Below are positions 36,672 through 45,986 of a stretch of 64,000 bases of DNA, one piece after another. This stretch comes from a virus: IMG/VR virus record IMGVR_UViG_3300012953_006207, positions 16,697 through 80,696 of that record, one strand, 5' to 3'. Below the pieces are notes generated by a model. The model made no database searches. It worked only from the letters and a program-made list of their open reading frames with translations, and had not been told where the DNA came from. Position 1 is the first letter of the stretch; the number at the start of each line of letters is the position of its first letter. The position numbers and the translations under genes were made by a program.

Positions 36672-36761
36672 GTTATTTTCAAGAAAGTTATCCACGGTTT
36701 GCGAATAACTTTTTCCAGAAAGTCCCTTGACTTTTTCCAGCAATGTGTTATCTTATTACAG

Positions 36762-36998
36762 ATGAACGACAACGGAACATTCATAGGGCTAGTCAAGGCT
36801 GGCAAAGCTCAAAACGTAGTACCCACTTCCCGCAAGATGAACATGGCAGCAGCATTGGCGGGGGCGGTCAGCTTACGCGACGCAGAACAGTACTTCCGTA
36901 GGCTACAACACGCAAACAACATGGGAACCACTGAGGCGGACTATGCAGAACTAGAACGCAAGTTTTATGCGGAACACGGCTACCCTCATGGGTATTAA
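36762..36998 (+). CDS. Hypothetical early protein (MNDNG...)
   Basis: Promoter TTGACT at 36727 implies a start at 36762. Confidence 0.65.
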   Translation: MNDNGTFIGLVKAGKAQNVVPTSRKMNMAAALAGAVSLRDAEQYFRRLQHANNMGTTEADYAELERKFYAEHGYPHGY

Positions 36999-37064
36999 AA
37001 AAAATCAAAAAAAATTAGAAAAACCCCTTGACTTTTTCCAGCAATTAGACTATATTTAAACAAG

Positions 37065-37259
37065 ATGAACGACATAAAAAAGACCAAAACCACTAACTGG
37101 ACAAGCTACAAACGCGAACGTTTCAACAAGGCGGAATTCAACGCTGAAATGGCTCGCATTGAAAAGCAGACTTTTGTACTGCAACACATTACATCTTTCT
37201 GCATCGGGGCAAGCATTGCGCTCGGATTCGTATTGATTCACATGATTGTAACTGGATAA
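37065..37259 (+). CDS. Small membrane-anchored early protein
   Basis: Promoter TTGACT-17-TATATT at 37028-37056; C-terminal hydrophobic helix. Confidence 0.65.
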   Translation: MNDIKKTKTTNWTSYKRERFNKAEFNAEMARIEKQTFVLQHITSFCIGASIALGFVLIHMIVTG

Positions 37260-37305
37260 AAAAACCGCTTGACTTTTTCCAGAATATCCCTTACATTATA
37301 AACAG

Positions 37306-37503
37306 ATGAACGACATAACAGTAACAGCACGAGTCAAGCACCACCGCAACCACGCCAAGACTGGCACGGTGGTCGCAGACCTTAACCCCAAGGCTCCGGT
37401 GTACGGAGTCGTAAGAGTAAAGTGGGACGATAACGAACACGAAAGCCGTCACCACAAGTTCACCCTTCGGCGTTTGCAGTACGCATGGCCGACCAACAAC
37501 TAA
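37306..37503 (+). CDS. Small SH3-like protein (paralog of 32523-32729)
   Basis: RVKH...GTVV.DLNP..PV..V.V.WD; promoter at 37269-37297. Confidence 0.65.
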   Translation: MNDITVTARVKHHRNHAKTGTVVADLNPKAPVYGVVRVKWDDNEHESRHHKFTLRRLQYAWPTNN

Positions 37504-37518
37504 AAAATTTAAAGAGAC

Positions 37519-37719
37519 ATGGATAAAGAATTAAAACAGTTCACTATCACAATGGAAAGCGGTACGCGCTTCGGAGGCAAGTATCGTGACGAGGCTCACG
37601 TCCGCGATGCTAACAAATGGTTTAGCGGTAAAATTGTTAAGATTGAACAACGCCCACTCTGGACACCTGAAGAGGAGGCAGAGATGGACGCAGACAAGGC
37701 ATGGCATCGCGCCTACTAA
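37519..37719 (+). CDS. Small hypothetical protein
   Basis: Co-oriented ORF. Confidence 0.6.
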   Translation: MDKELKQFTITMESGTRFGGKYRDEAHVRDANKWFSGKIVKIEQRPLWTPEEEAEMDADKAWHRAY

Positions 37720-37794
37720 AATCGGAGGTTATAGTCATGTTGTGTTTAGCAATCATCACCTTACTAGTCATCGTTTACTAGTCGTTCGTCATCA

Positions 37795-37826
37795 CCCGCC
37801 CCCTTCTTCGGAGGGGGGTGGTTTTT
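37795..37826 (+). terminator. Terminator closing the early region
   Basis: GCCCCCTTC-TTCG-GAGGGGGGT (UUCG loop) followed by T5. Confidence 0.75.
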
Positions 37827-37976
37827 GAAAAATTTTTTGTCGCAATAACTACGAAAGGGCGTGAGGGGGTTGTTTTACAACTTTACAAGAAAAGAAGTCC
37901 TACTCTTTTACGACCTCGAAAAAATCCCCGGAGGGGATTGCTTTTCAGAGTCCTTTTGATATACTGGCGTTGCCTT

Positions 37977-38684
37977 ATGAAGACTTTACTATTCTGCACA
38001 TCACATTTCAAAGAAAGAGAAGAATATTTAAAAAGATATGAAAAATGGGCGGGATACTACCTTGATTTAGATTGGGAGGACAAAACCCTCTTTATGATCG
38101 ACGACTGTTCCGACGCTTCGCTCGTAAACACAAACTTATTTAACATAATTAAAAGCAGTGAGTTGCCAGAAGAATCGGCGTTATCCACAAACAAAGTCAA
38201 TTTCGTACATTTTGAAGAAAAAGCTCCATGTCACAAAGACGGACAGGCAGCAAATTCAGCAGGATGGTGGAGAGGTTACTTGTCTATAGTCGATATAGCT
38301 AAAAAGTACGACTTCGAGAGAATCATACATGTAGAATCAGATTTATATCTAATCTCAAAAAATATAAGAGATTTTATTGAAGGTAGAATGACTGACGGGT
38401 GGCATTCCTTTTTGTGCAGAAAGTACAACTGGCCAGAATCATCTTTGCAGGTAATTAACAAAGATAAGTATGAAGCATTCGAAGAATTGCGGTCAGACCT
38501 AGAAGAGCTTGGTTTAGAGAATATTGATGCAAGCCGTGGACCCGCAGAGCTTTTGCTTCCATTCACAAGAATAACAAAGGGCTTTAATGGAAGTAGGTAC
38601 GGAGAGGATTCCCCAAGTCAAACTGCTGGAATGGACTACTTTGCCCAGTGCAGAGACAACACTTTAATTATAGCAGAAAAATAG
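37977..38684 (+). CDS. Putative glycosyltransferase-like protein
   Basis: MIDD.S and IIHVESD motifs; start at MKTLLF after a TTGCTT..TATACT promoter. Confidence 0.55.
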   Translation: MKTLLFCTSHFKEREEYLKRYEKWAGYYLDLDWEDKTLFMIDDCSDASLVNTNLFNIIKSSELPEESALSTNKVNFVHFEEKAPCHKDGQAANSAGWWRGYLSIVDIAKKYDFERIIHVESDLYLISKNIRDFIEGRMTDGWHSFLCRKYNWPESSLQVINKDKYEAFEELRSDLEELGLENIDASRGPAELLLPFTRITKGFNGSRYGEDSPSQTAGMDYFAQCRDNTLIIAEK

Positions 38685-39545
38685 ATGATAAAAAAAGGTA
38701 TCATACTAGCAGGAGGAGCAGGGTCTAGACTCTATCCGCTAACAAACAATCATCCCAAAAGCTTGTTGCCCGTATACGACAAGCCGATGATATACTATCC
38801 TCTTACTACTCTTATAGAAAATGGAGTAAAAGAAGTATGCGTTATATCTTCAGTGGAACACACTCCCAAGTTTAAAGAGATAATTGGTGATGGAAGTAGA
38901 TTCGGCGTAAAAATACAATACAGGACCCAAGAAAGCCCAATAGGAATTCCTCAAGCATTTACGATCTCAGAGGACTTTATCCAGAATGATAGTGTGGCAC
39001 TGATTCTTGGAGATAACGTCTCAAACGGCTCCACAGCGTTCAAAAAGGCATTCAGAGAGTTTAAGGACGGAGGTTCTATATTTGCCTATGAAGTACAAGA
39101 CCCAGAGAGATACGGAGTGGTTGAGTTCGACGAAGAAGGAAAAGCTATCTCAGTAGAAGAAAAGCCAAAAAAACCTAAAACCAATTTTGCAATTCCGGGT
39201 TTATACATTTTTGACAATAAAGTGGTAAAAGTAGCTAAATCTCTTAGACCTTCAGCCAGAGGAGAGCTAGAAATAGTAGATGTCATTAAATTTTATTTAA
39301 ATAAAAGAAAATTAATGGTTTATCAAATCAATCGTGGCTGCGCTTGGCTCGACTCTGGCACATCAAGCAGCCTAAATGAAGCATCGGAGTATATAGCAGT
39401 AATAGAAAAGAGACAGGGCGTAAAAATCGGATGCCCAGAAGAAGCAGCATTAAGGAAAAAGCTAATAACAAAAGAAAAATTAGAAGAAATTATTGAAAAC
39501 ACTCCTAAATGCGAATATAGAGAATATTTAGAAAGATTAACATAA
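38685..39545 (+). CDS. rmlA: Glucose-1-phosphate thymidylyltransferase
   Basis: GIILAGG.GSRLYP.T...K.LLPVYDKPMIYYPL, LGDN, EKP, SARGELEI and WLD.GT motifs. Confidence 0.95.
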   Translation: MIKKGIILAGGAGSRLYPLTNNHPKSLLPVYDKPMIYYPLTTLIENGVKEVCVISSVEHTPKFKEIIGDGSRFGVKIQYRTQESPIGIPQAFTISEDFIQNDSVALILGDNVSNGSTAFKKAFREFKDGGSIFAYEVQDPERYGVVEFDEEGKAISVEEKPKKPKTNFAIPGLYIFDNKVVKVAKSLRPSARGELEIVDVIKFYLNKRKLMVYQINRGCAWLDSGTSSSLNEASEYIAVIEKRQGVKIGCPEEAALRKKLITKEKLEEIIENTPKCEYREYLERLT

Positions 39546-40334
39546 ATGCAATATCCATTACCTCCCCTCGACTTAAGAATAGAAGTAGGTCAACCCAAAG
39601 ACGCAGGAGAAAAGCATTGGAAAGTAGTATGCGATCATGCAGAGCGGTGTTTTCGGTTTCTAGCAGGTCGCCCTCAAAAACACTGGAATGTCCTCGACGT
39701 AGGATGCGGTTGTGGAAGATTGGCCGTAAACCTCGTAGATGAAGTAGAACAATACACTGGCATAGAAGTGCAAAAACGCTTTGTTGATTGGTGCAGAGAA
39801 AATATCGATAAAGGGCATTTCTATTATTATGATTTCCATAATCATATGTACAATAAAGAGGGATCAGTTAATAACATAGAATGGGCTAATATTGAAGACT
39901 CTTCACAAGACGTAGTATATATGTCTTCTGTGATTACTCATATGAGAACAAAAGACTTCTTATCTATAATGGATGAATCTTATAGAGTTTTGAAGAACGG
40001 CGGTAAATTAGTTTTTTCATGTTTTGTGCAATCAAGTGCCAGCAAAGGAAAAGAAACTGTTCCACACGGTAAAGACGGAATACTTCCTATAGATAAAACA
40101 ATTGATGAGGTGTCTTGGACTGATGATTTGAATGATTGTAGATATATTGTCTATAAAGATGAGTGGATCGAAGAACAATTTAAAATACGCGGATTTAACC
40201 CGAACGCCTTCCTTCCCGGTTTCTGGGGAGGCAGAGAAGTAACTAAAGGGGAAAGAAGCTGGACTTTTGAGGATAGATATCAAGATTGGTTTTGTTGGCA
40301 AAAACCCTCAATACAGAAATCACCTTTACTCTAA
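39546..40334 (+). CDS. Class I SAM-dependent methyltransferase
   Basis: VLDVGCGCGRLA, SVITHM and RVLKNGG motifs. Confidence 0.85.
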   Translation: MQYPLPPLDLRIEVGQPKDAGEKHWKVVCDHAERCFRFLAGRPQKHWNVLDVGCGCGRLAVNLVDEVEQYTGIEVQKRFVDWCRENIDKGHFYYYDFHNHMYNKEGSVNNIEWANIEDSSQDVVYMSSVITHMRTKDFLSIMDESYRVLKNGGKLVFSCFVQSSASKGKETVPHGKDGILPIDKTIDEVSWTDDLNDCRYIVYKDEWIEEQFKIRGFNPNAFLPGFWGGREVTKGERSWTFEDRYQDWFCWQKPSIQKSPLL

Positions 40335-40359
40335 GCCAGAATTTAATTATTATCTGAAT

Positions 40360-41253
40360 ATGATTGCGTTGATAGGAGCAACAGGATACGTAGGCCAAGC
40401 TTTCGTAAAAGAATTAGTAAATAGGAAATTAACTTTTTTTGAAATTCATAGGAAGAATACTGATTATTATGATATTCAGAAGTTAGTTGAAATACTGTCC
40501 ATCATTAACGCCGATTTTGTTATCAACTGCGCTGGCTACACGGGCAAGCCTAATGTGGATGCTTGTGAAACTAATAAGGGGGAATGCAGAAAAGGTAACA
40601 TCGAGTTACCTAAAGTCATTTCTAACGCTTGTGCGTTAGTAGGCATTCCTTGGGGTCACGTTTCTTCTGGGTGCATTTACACTGGCAATAGATTAGATGG
40701 TGCGGGGTTTACGGAAGAAGACCCTCCTAATTTTCATCATTTTTCTGAAGTTAAGGGTAGTTACTACAGCGGAACCAAAGCTGAGGCTGAAGATTTAATC
40801 AAGGTTATATCTGAAGATTATTATATATGGCGTCTGCGTATTCCTTTCAACAACGAAGATGGCCCAAGAAACTATTTGTCTAAGGTTATGAACTATGACC
40901 GTCTGCTTGAAGCAGAGAACTCAGTCACTCACTTGGGGGACTTTGTTAGTTCCTGCATCGACCTTTATCAAAATAAAGCTAGTTATGGAATTTATAACGT
41001 AGTTAATTCTGAGCCTATTACTACATCTTTTGTAGTTTCAAAAATCAAAGAGATTTTAAATTTAGATAAATCTTTTGAGTTTTTCTCTGACGAAAAGGAG
41101 TTTTATCAAGTTGGGGCATCTGCCCCAAGGTCTAACTGTGTTTTGGATAATTCTAAATTAATCAGGGCTGGGGTTAATATCAGGTCGTCCTCAGAAGCTA
41201 TAGAAGACAGTCTAAGGAACTGGGCTTACCAAGATGAATTGCTACATAATTAA
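40360..41253 (+). CDS. dTDP/UDP-4-keto-6-deoxyglucose 3,5-epimerase/4-reductase (RmlD/NRS-ER-like)
   Basis: GATGYVG, NCAGYTGKPNVDACE, SGCIY, F.EED.PNF, YS.TK and RN...K motifs; start at ATG 40360. Confidence 0.85.
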   Translation: MIALIGATGYVGQAFVKELVNRKLTFFEIHRKNTDYYDIQKLVEILSIINADFVINCAGYTGKPNVDACETNKGECRKGNIELPKVISNACALVGIPWGHVSSGCIYTGNRLDGAGFTEEDPPNFHHFSEVKGSYYSGTKAEAEDLIKVISEDYYIWRLRIPFNNEDGPRNYLSKVMNYDRLLEAENSVTHLGDFVSSCIDLYQNKASYGIYNVVNSEPITTSFVVSKIKEILNLDKSFEFFSDEKEFYQVGASAPRSNCVLDNSKLIRAGVNIRSSSEAIEDSLRNWAYQDELLHN

Positions 41254-42139
41254 TTTCAACAGACTAAAGTGGACTAAGCAATTAGCTATAGACCTAGCCG
41301 ACAGAGGCTTCACTCCTATTATACTTGATAATAATTCTTCGTACCCACCTTTACTGGATTGGTATAACTCTTCGGATTTTAAATTTAAATTAGTGAAGTT
41401 TGATCAGAATCATGGCCATAGAGCTTTCTATCATAGCGGATTTTATAAAGAGGTAAAAAGCGAATACTTTGCTATGACCGACCCTGATCTTGATATAACC
41501 TGCGCTCCAGAGGATTTCAAAGAAGTTCTAATGGAAGGTTTCAGCGCAAAACATGAATTCATAGGAAATAATGATGATATAATCAAAGTGGGGTTAAACC
41601 TAAAAATAGATGACCTACCAGAAAAGAGTGAAGATTTAATTTTTGATCCCGACATTGTAATCAATCACGAAAAAGGTTATGGAGGAGGAGAAACCAAAAA
41701 GGGTTTATACATAGCTGCTCAACTAGACACAACATTCGCTATATACAAAAACCACGGATCAGAATTTAGTCAACGAAGAGAATACAGCTTATGGCCTTCG
41801 ATTAGAACCGCACCCCCATACGAAGCTAGACATTTGCCTTGGTACTCAACTTACAGCGGAGTAGACGAAGAAGATAAATACTATATGGATAGTATACAAA
41901 GAAAAGATGTTGATTGGAGTTGGAGAATGAAATGTAATATTGACGAAGAACTTTACGGCATTAAGCACGATAATAACACGCCAATAGAAGTTGAAGTCGA
42001 AATAGGTCAAGGCGGAGTACTGGAATCCAAACAGCAAGAAAATATTTACAAAAACAAAGACTTAGATAACCTATCCGCATTTGCTCACCTCTCAAACCCG
42101 CCTCAGCGCGTATATTTTAATCCAAAGCATGACTCTTGA
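41234..42139 (+). CDS. GT2-like glycosyltransferase
   Basis: II.FNR, ILDNNS.YPPLL, TDPD, DTTFA.Y and HLPWY motifs. Confidence 0.75.
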   Translation: MNCYIINFNRLKWTKQLAIDLADRGFTPIILDNNSSYPPLLDWYNSSDFKFKLVKFDQNHGHRAFYHSGFYKEVKSEYFAMTDPDLDITCAPEDFKEVLMEGFSAKHEFIGNNDDIIKVGLNLKIDDLPEKSEDLIFDPDIVINHEKGYGGGETKKGLYIAAQLDTTFAIYKNHGSEFSQRREYSLWPSIRTAPPYEARHLPWYSTYSGVDEEDKYYMDSIQRKDVDWSWRMKCNIDEELYGIKHDNNTPIEVEVEIGQGGVLESKQQENIYKNKDLDNLSAFAHLSNPPQRVYFNPKHDS

Positions 42140-42761
42140 TATCATAGTTTGTACATATCATCAGGATGCATTGCTAAAATGCTTTATAAACTGTGTTAAA
42201 TCCCAGACCAATCGTAATTGGAGGCTGATAATAGTTCACGATGGCTATGATTCGTTTTATGAAAATCTTGAGAAAGATTTAGAAAGCAATGGTTATTTAG
42301 GGGAGAATATAATACTTACTCACACAGGGCAAAGAGTTGGCGATTATGGGCATAGCGTTTTAAGATTTGCTGTAAACAAATATGTGGAAGATGAAAACTA
42401 CGTAATTCTTACTAACGCAGATAATTACTATGTTCCCGTTTTAGTTCAAGAAGTCCTCGGAACTGCGAAGCAGTTTAAAGAGCCTGAATTTATATATTTT
42501 GATTGTGTTCACGATTACGCAAGGCCATACTTCAATCCGCCATTCGGCTATGGGCATTTAAGCTCAAGGTTAGAAATGAACCTTATAGACAGGGGATGCG
42601 TGGCATCCAAAGGTTGGTTATGTAAAAAAACTGAGCCAGATCATATAGGCGGAAGGTGTGCTGATTGGACTCATTTGGATAAAATGATCAAGCACAAAAA
42701 AGAAGATGGATCGGCAGTTAGATGCCAAAAAATAAGTAAGATTTTATTTACGCATAATTAA
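42129..42761 (+). CDS. GT2 glycosyltransferase
   Basis: SQT..NW.LIIVHDG, G.YGH and NADNYY.P motifs; start at MTLDII. Confidence 0.75.
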   Translation: MTLDIIVCTYHQDALLKCFINCVKSQTNRNWRLIIVHDGYDSFYENLEKDLESNGYLGENIILTHTGQRVGDYGHSVLRFAVNKYVEDENYVILTNADNYYVPVLVQEVLGTAKQFKEPEFIYFDCVHDYARPYFNPPFGYGHLSSRLEMNLIDRGCVASKGWLCKKTEPDHIGGRCADWTHLDKMIKHKKEDGSAVRCQKISKILFTHN

Positions 42762-43712
42762 ATGAAAATATTAGTTACAGGTGGTTCAGGTTTTATAGGT
42801 TCAAATTTTATTAGATGCATAATAAATAAGCCTGAAGTAGACGTTGTTATTAACCTTGATAACTTATCCTACGCTGCTGATGAATCTAACACCAAGCAGT
42901 TCGAGGATTGCGAAAAATATCAATTTGAAAAAATATGCCTCTCTGAATACTCTAAAGTTTTAAAAGCTGTAGAAAAGCACGAGCCCACACATGTAGTTCA
43001 TCTCGCTGCTGAATCTCACGTTGATAATTCAATAGCTAGTTCAAAAGAATTTATAAACTCTAACATAGTAGGTACTCACTCCCTACTTGAAGCTTGCAGG
43101 GGGAAAGACATAAGATTTCATCATGTGTCAACTGATGAAGTATACGGCGAAGTAATTGATGATTGTAAGTTCACCGAGCAAACACAATATAATCCTAGGA
43201 ATCCATATTCCGCCACTAAAGCAGCTTCAGATATGCTTGCTCTTGCATACACGAATACATACGGAATGAAAATTACGCTTTCTAATTGCTGTAATAATTA
43301 TGGACCCAATCAGCATGACGAAAAATTCATCCCCACAGTAATCAGATCGCTAACCAAGGGCTCCAAAATTCCAGTTTACGGTAAAGGTGAAAATATAAGA
43401 GATTGGATTTATGTAGACGACCATTGTTATGCCCTATGGGAAATATTAATTAATGGAAAAATAGGGGAAAACTATTTAGTAGGAGCAGACTGCGAAAAAA
43501 CTAATTTAGAAACTATTAGCTGTATTTGTAGCGAGCTTAATCTAGAAAGTGACGATTATATAGAGTTTGTTGAAGATAGGCTTGGTCACGATATGAGATA
43601 CGCAATAGACAATAGTAAAATTTTAAATGAATTAAAATGGAAGCCTACGTTTAGCTTTTCTGAAGGTATAAAGCAGACTATATCTTTTTACGAAAAAAAA
43701 TATTCCAAGTGA
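42762..43712 (+). CDS. rmlB: dTDP-glucose 4,6-dehydratase
   Basis: VTGGSGFIGSNF, HLAAESHVD, STDEVYG, YSATKA, NNYGP.Q..EK.IP and DR.GHD.RY motifs. Confidence 0.95.
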   Translation: MKILVTGGSGFIGSNFIRCIINKPEVDVVINLDNLSYAADESNTKQFEDCEKYQFEKICLSEYSKVLKAVEKHEPTHVVHLAAESHVDNSIASSKEFINSNIVGTHSLLEACRGKDIRFHHVSTDEVYGEVIDDCKFTEQTQYNPRNPYSATKAASDMLALAYTNTYGMKITLSNCCNNYGPNQHDEKFIPTVIRSLTKGSKIPVYGKGENIRDWIYVDDHCYALWEILINGKIGENYLVGADCEKTNLETISCICSELNLESDDYIEFVEDRLGHDMRYAIDNSKILNELKWKPTFSFSEGIKQTISFYEKKYSK

Positions 43713-43742
43713 GTCTTCGCCAAGTGTATTTCTTGATACAAT

Positions 43743-44540
43743 ATGGAGAACAAGAAAACTACTTCTAAAAAAACCTCCGACAGAAAGCTTAAAGTCAGAG
43801 GCGGTAAAAAGTTAGCTGAAGAGATAGTTGACGCAACAAACATTCATGAACGAAAACGAGTTGAAAACCCCCTTAAAAGAGCTATTAAATTAAATCAGCT
43901 TCCTTGGACGGAAAAACAAAAAGAGTTTTTTAAGATAGCACTTCACCCTTCTACAAAGATAGTGTTTGTTAATGGACCTGCTGGAACAGCAAAGACCCTG
44001 CTTTCCACTTATTGTTCGTTGCAGTTGCTCAATATGAAAGTAGCTGACAGTATCATGTATCTAAGGTCTGCCGTGGAAAGCTCAGATAAAAGCCTAGGCT
44101 TTCTTCCCGGAACAGCAGAAGAAAAATTAAGATTCTATAACTTACCATTTTTGGATAAGTTGGATGAACTACTATTAGAGACCAAGGCCGAAAAGCTTGA
44201 GGAGCAAAACAGAATATCTATGTTTCCTGTTAACTTCGCTAGAGGTATGAACTGGAAAGACAAGTGCATAATCTTGGATGAAGCTCAAAACTCAACCATA
44301 AAAGAAATCGTAACTGTTTTAACTAGGATGGGCGAGGGTTCTCGCTGTTTTATTTTAGCTGATCCGATGCAAACAGATTTAAAGCAAGAGGATAAAGCTC
44401 ATGGCTTTGAGAAAATTTGCAAAGCTCTTTCGGACGAAGAAAGTGTCCAGAATGGAATTTATACTTTCAACTTCGACGAAGAGGATGTTATGAGGTCTGA
44501 GTTAGTTAAATTTATAGTTTCAAAGCTCAAGGGGATATAG
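43743..44540 (+). CDS. phoH: PhoH family ATPase
   Basis: GPAGTAKT, LGFLPG...EK, RG.NW, ILDEAQN, TRMGE and R.ELVK motifs. Confidence 0.92.
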   Translation: MENKKTTSKKTSDRKLKVRGGKKLAEEIVDATNIHERKRVENPLKRAIKLNQLPWTEKQKEFFKIALHPSTKIVFVNGPAGTAKTLLSTYCSLQLLNMKVADSIMYLRSAVESSDKSLGFLPGTAEEKLRFYNLPFLDKLDELLLETKAEKLEEQNRISMFPVNFARGMNWKDKCIILDEAQNSTIKEIVTVLTRMGEGSRCFILADPMQTDLKQEDKAHGFEKICKALSDEESVQNGIYTFNFDEEDVMRSELVKFIVSKLKGI

Positions 44541-45657
44541 CGTCCTCTGCAAACTTCAAATTACCCTTCACCCTCTCTCTTTCTCCTTCTGAGAGAAAGG
44601 GGGAGGCTAAAACTTTTTGGCATAACTCAAGGGAGTGATTGTAGTGACCAGCCCAGTAAGCGCATATAGAAACTTCGTCGTCGAATCTCCATTGGTATAC
44701 ATCAGGACTTAAAAACAAAGAATCCTCTGGTACGGGAAAGTTTAAATAGTTTTTTCCTATTTCGTATCCTAATCTATAAGATTCTGATAGACGACAAAGG
44801 TTAACGATTTCATAAATTGGTTCTAATCTATTCTCGGTTGACCGAAAAGCTAACAAGCAGCTATCTATAACTTCATGCATGGGAGCACCCATAGAACGCT
44901 TGATTTTAGCTATACTGTAATAAGACTCAAAGATTTCTTGAGACCAATACCCTAGCTCTCCCCTTTTAAAATAATACTCAATAGCTTTTTTGTTATTGCC
45001 ACAGTCTTTATATGATTGCGCGGTATAAAAGGTATACCGAGCTTTCATAAATGGGTCCTGCTCCTTCTTTAAAGCTTCGCTAAGAATTTTTGCATCTTTT
45101 TTGTATTTATCTCTATCTTTGCTTCTGTTTCCGTCCGTAAAGACTTTCACTTTTATATCTCTATTGTCTCCTATTGAGGCTACCTTGCTTTCGCATTCTA
45201 AAAATTCATGAACTACTCCTTTGTATATCCAATCAGTGTTATTTCTAAAAATTAGATACCTGAAGTATTCCGTGCTTCCAAACTCACACGGAACCCTGTA
45301 GGCGTCATGTTTGAGATTTTTTAAGAATTGTTTTTTATTAAAATTCTCTGGGACTTCGAAAATTTCATCCGCATCTAAAGTTATTCCGTATTTTACGTCT
45401 TTTCTTTTTCTTAAATGTCTTAGAGCAGATGTTCTGTTATGAGCAAAATCTTTCCAAGGCTCTTCGATTACCTCAAACTCAATTGAGTGTTTCTCCAAGA
45501 ATTTCGAAATTATTTTTTGTGTTCCATCTGTAGAGCCAGTGTCGACAATTAAAGCGTAGTCTATGATTGGTAGGGCAGACTTTAGTGCTCTTTCTATTAC
45601 CTTGGATTCGTTTTTAACTATGCAACATAATCCTATTTTTTGAGAAGTTCTAGCCAT
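44527..45657 (-). CDS. GT2 glycosyltransferase with TPR repeats
   Basis: IVKNE, VDTGSTDGT, DFAHNR, LDADE and VHE motifs; C-terminal R..FY.AQSY.D helical repeats. Confidence 0.88.
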   Translation of the reverse strand: MARTSQKIGLCCIVKNESKVIERALKSALPIIDYALIVDTGSTDGTQKIISKFLEKHSIEFEVIEEPWKDFAHNRTSALRHLRKRKDVKYGITLDADEIFEVPENFNKKQFLKNLKHDAYRVPCEFGSTEYFRYLIFRNNTDWIYKGVVHEFLECESKVASIGDNRDIKVKVFTDGNRSKDRDKYKKDAKILSEALKKEQDPFMKARYTFYTAQSYKDCGNNKKAIEYYFKRGELGYWSQEIFESYYSIAKIKRSMGAPMHEVIDSCLLAFRSTENRLEPIYEIVNLCRLSESYRLGYEIGKNYLNFPVPEDSLFLSPDVYQWRFDDEVSICAYWAGHYNHSLELCQKVLASPFLSEGERERVKGNLKFAEDAISP

Positions 45658-45697
45658 ACGGGAAGATATGTACCAGAATTAACGCCCACAGTCAAAA

Positions 45698-45889
45698 CTA
45701 CTTTTTTCGATTATCTGGAGAAAGTTTAACGTCTATATTCTTAATAGCTTTAAAAGCCAAAGTGTTTATTTTGGAGCATTTGGATGATATGAGGGGGTCT
45801 TGGTTTTTGCAGAGTGGGTAGGATATCTCCAGTATTTCCCTCATCATTTCTAATGTTTCGGCAAGTGGAGAATGATCTGTAGTCTTCAT
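45698..45889 (-). CDS. Small hypothetical protein
   Basis: Minus-strand GTGTAT motif 8 nt upstream of the ATG. Confidence 0.55.
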   Translation of the reverse strand: MKTTDHSPLAETLEMMREILEISYPLCKNQDPLISSKCSKINTLAFKAIKNIDVKLSPDNRKK

Positions 45890-45986
45890 ATAAATAAATA
45901 CACTTTAATGAAAAAAAAAGCTTTTTGTATTTGGCTTATTTAAGGTGTATGGTGAAACGCCAATTAATAATTGAATAAAACGAAAA

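Larger units (their letters stand above)
34995..36708. promoter_or_regulatory. Cluster of DnaA-box-like 9-mers
   Basis: TGTGAATAA (reverse complement TTATTCACA) at 34995, 35290, 35700 and 36624; TTATCCACG at 36688; TGCGAATAA at 36700. Confidence 0.55.

Noticed and set aside
12761-36761. Upstream TTG/GTG starts listed for several ORFs (12761, 19179, 22684, 30036, 36699)
   Set aside because: They coincide with or run through the promoter; the true starts are the ATGs at +1
25863-36805. ORFs beginning MPPQTPASLAK or containing WGPHVI (25863, 29863, 31596, 34731, 35131, 35376, 36555)
   Set aside because: They are translations of the non-coding palindromic element in various frames, with no consistent start or length
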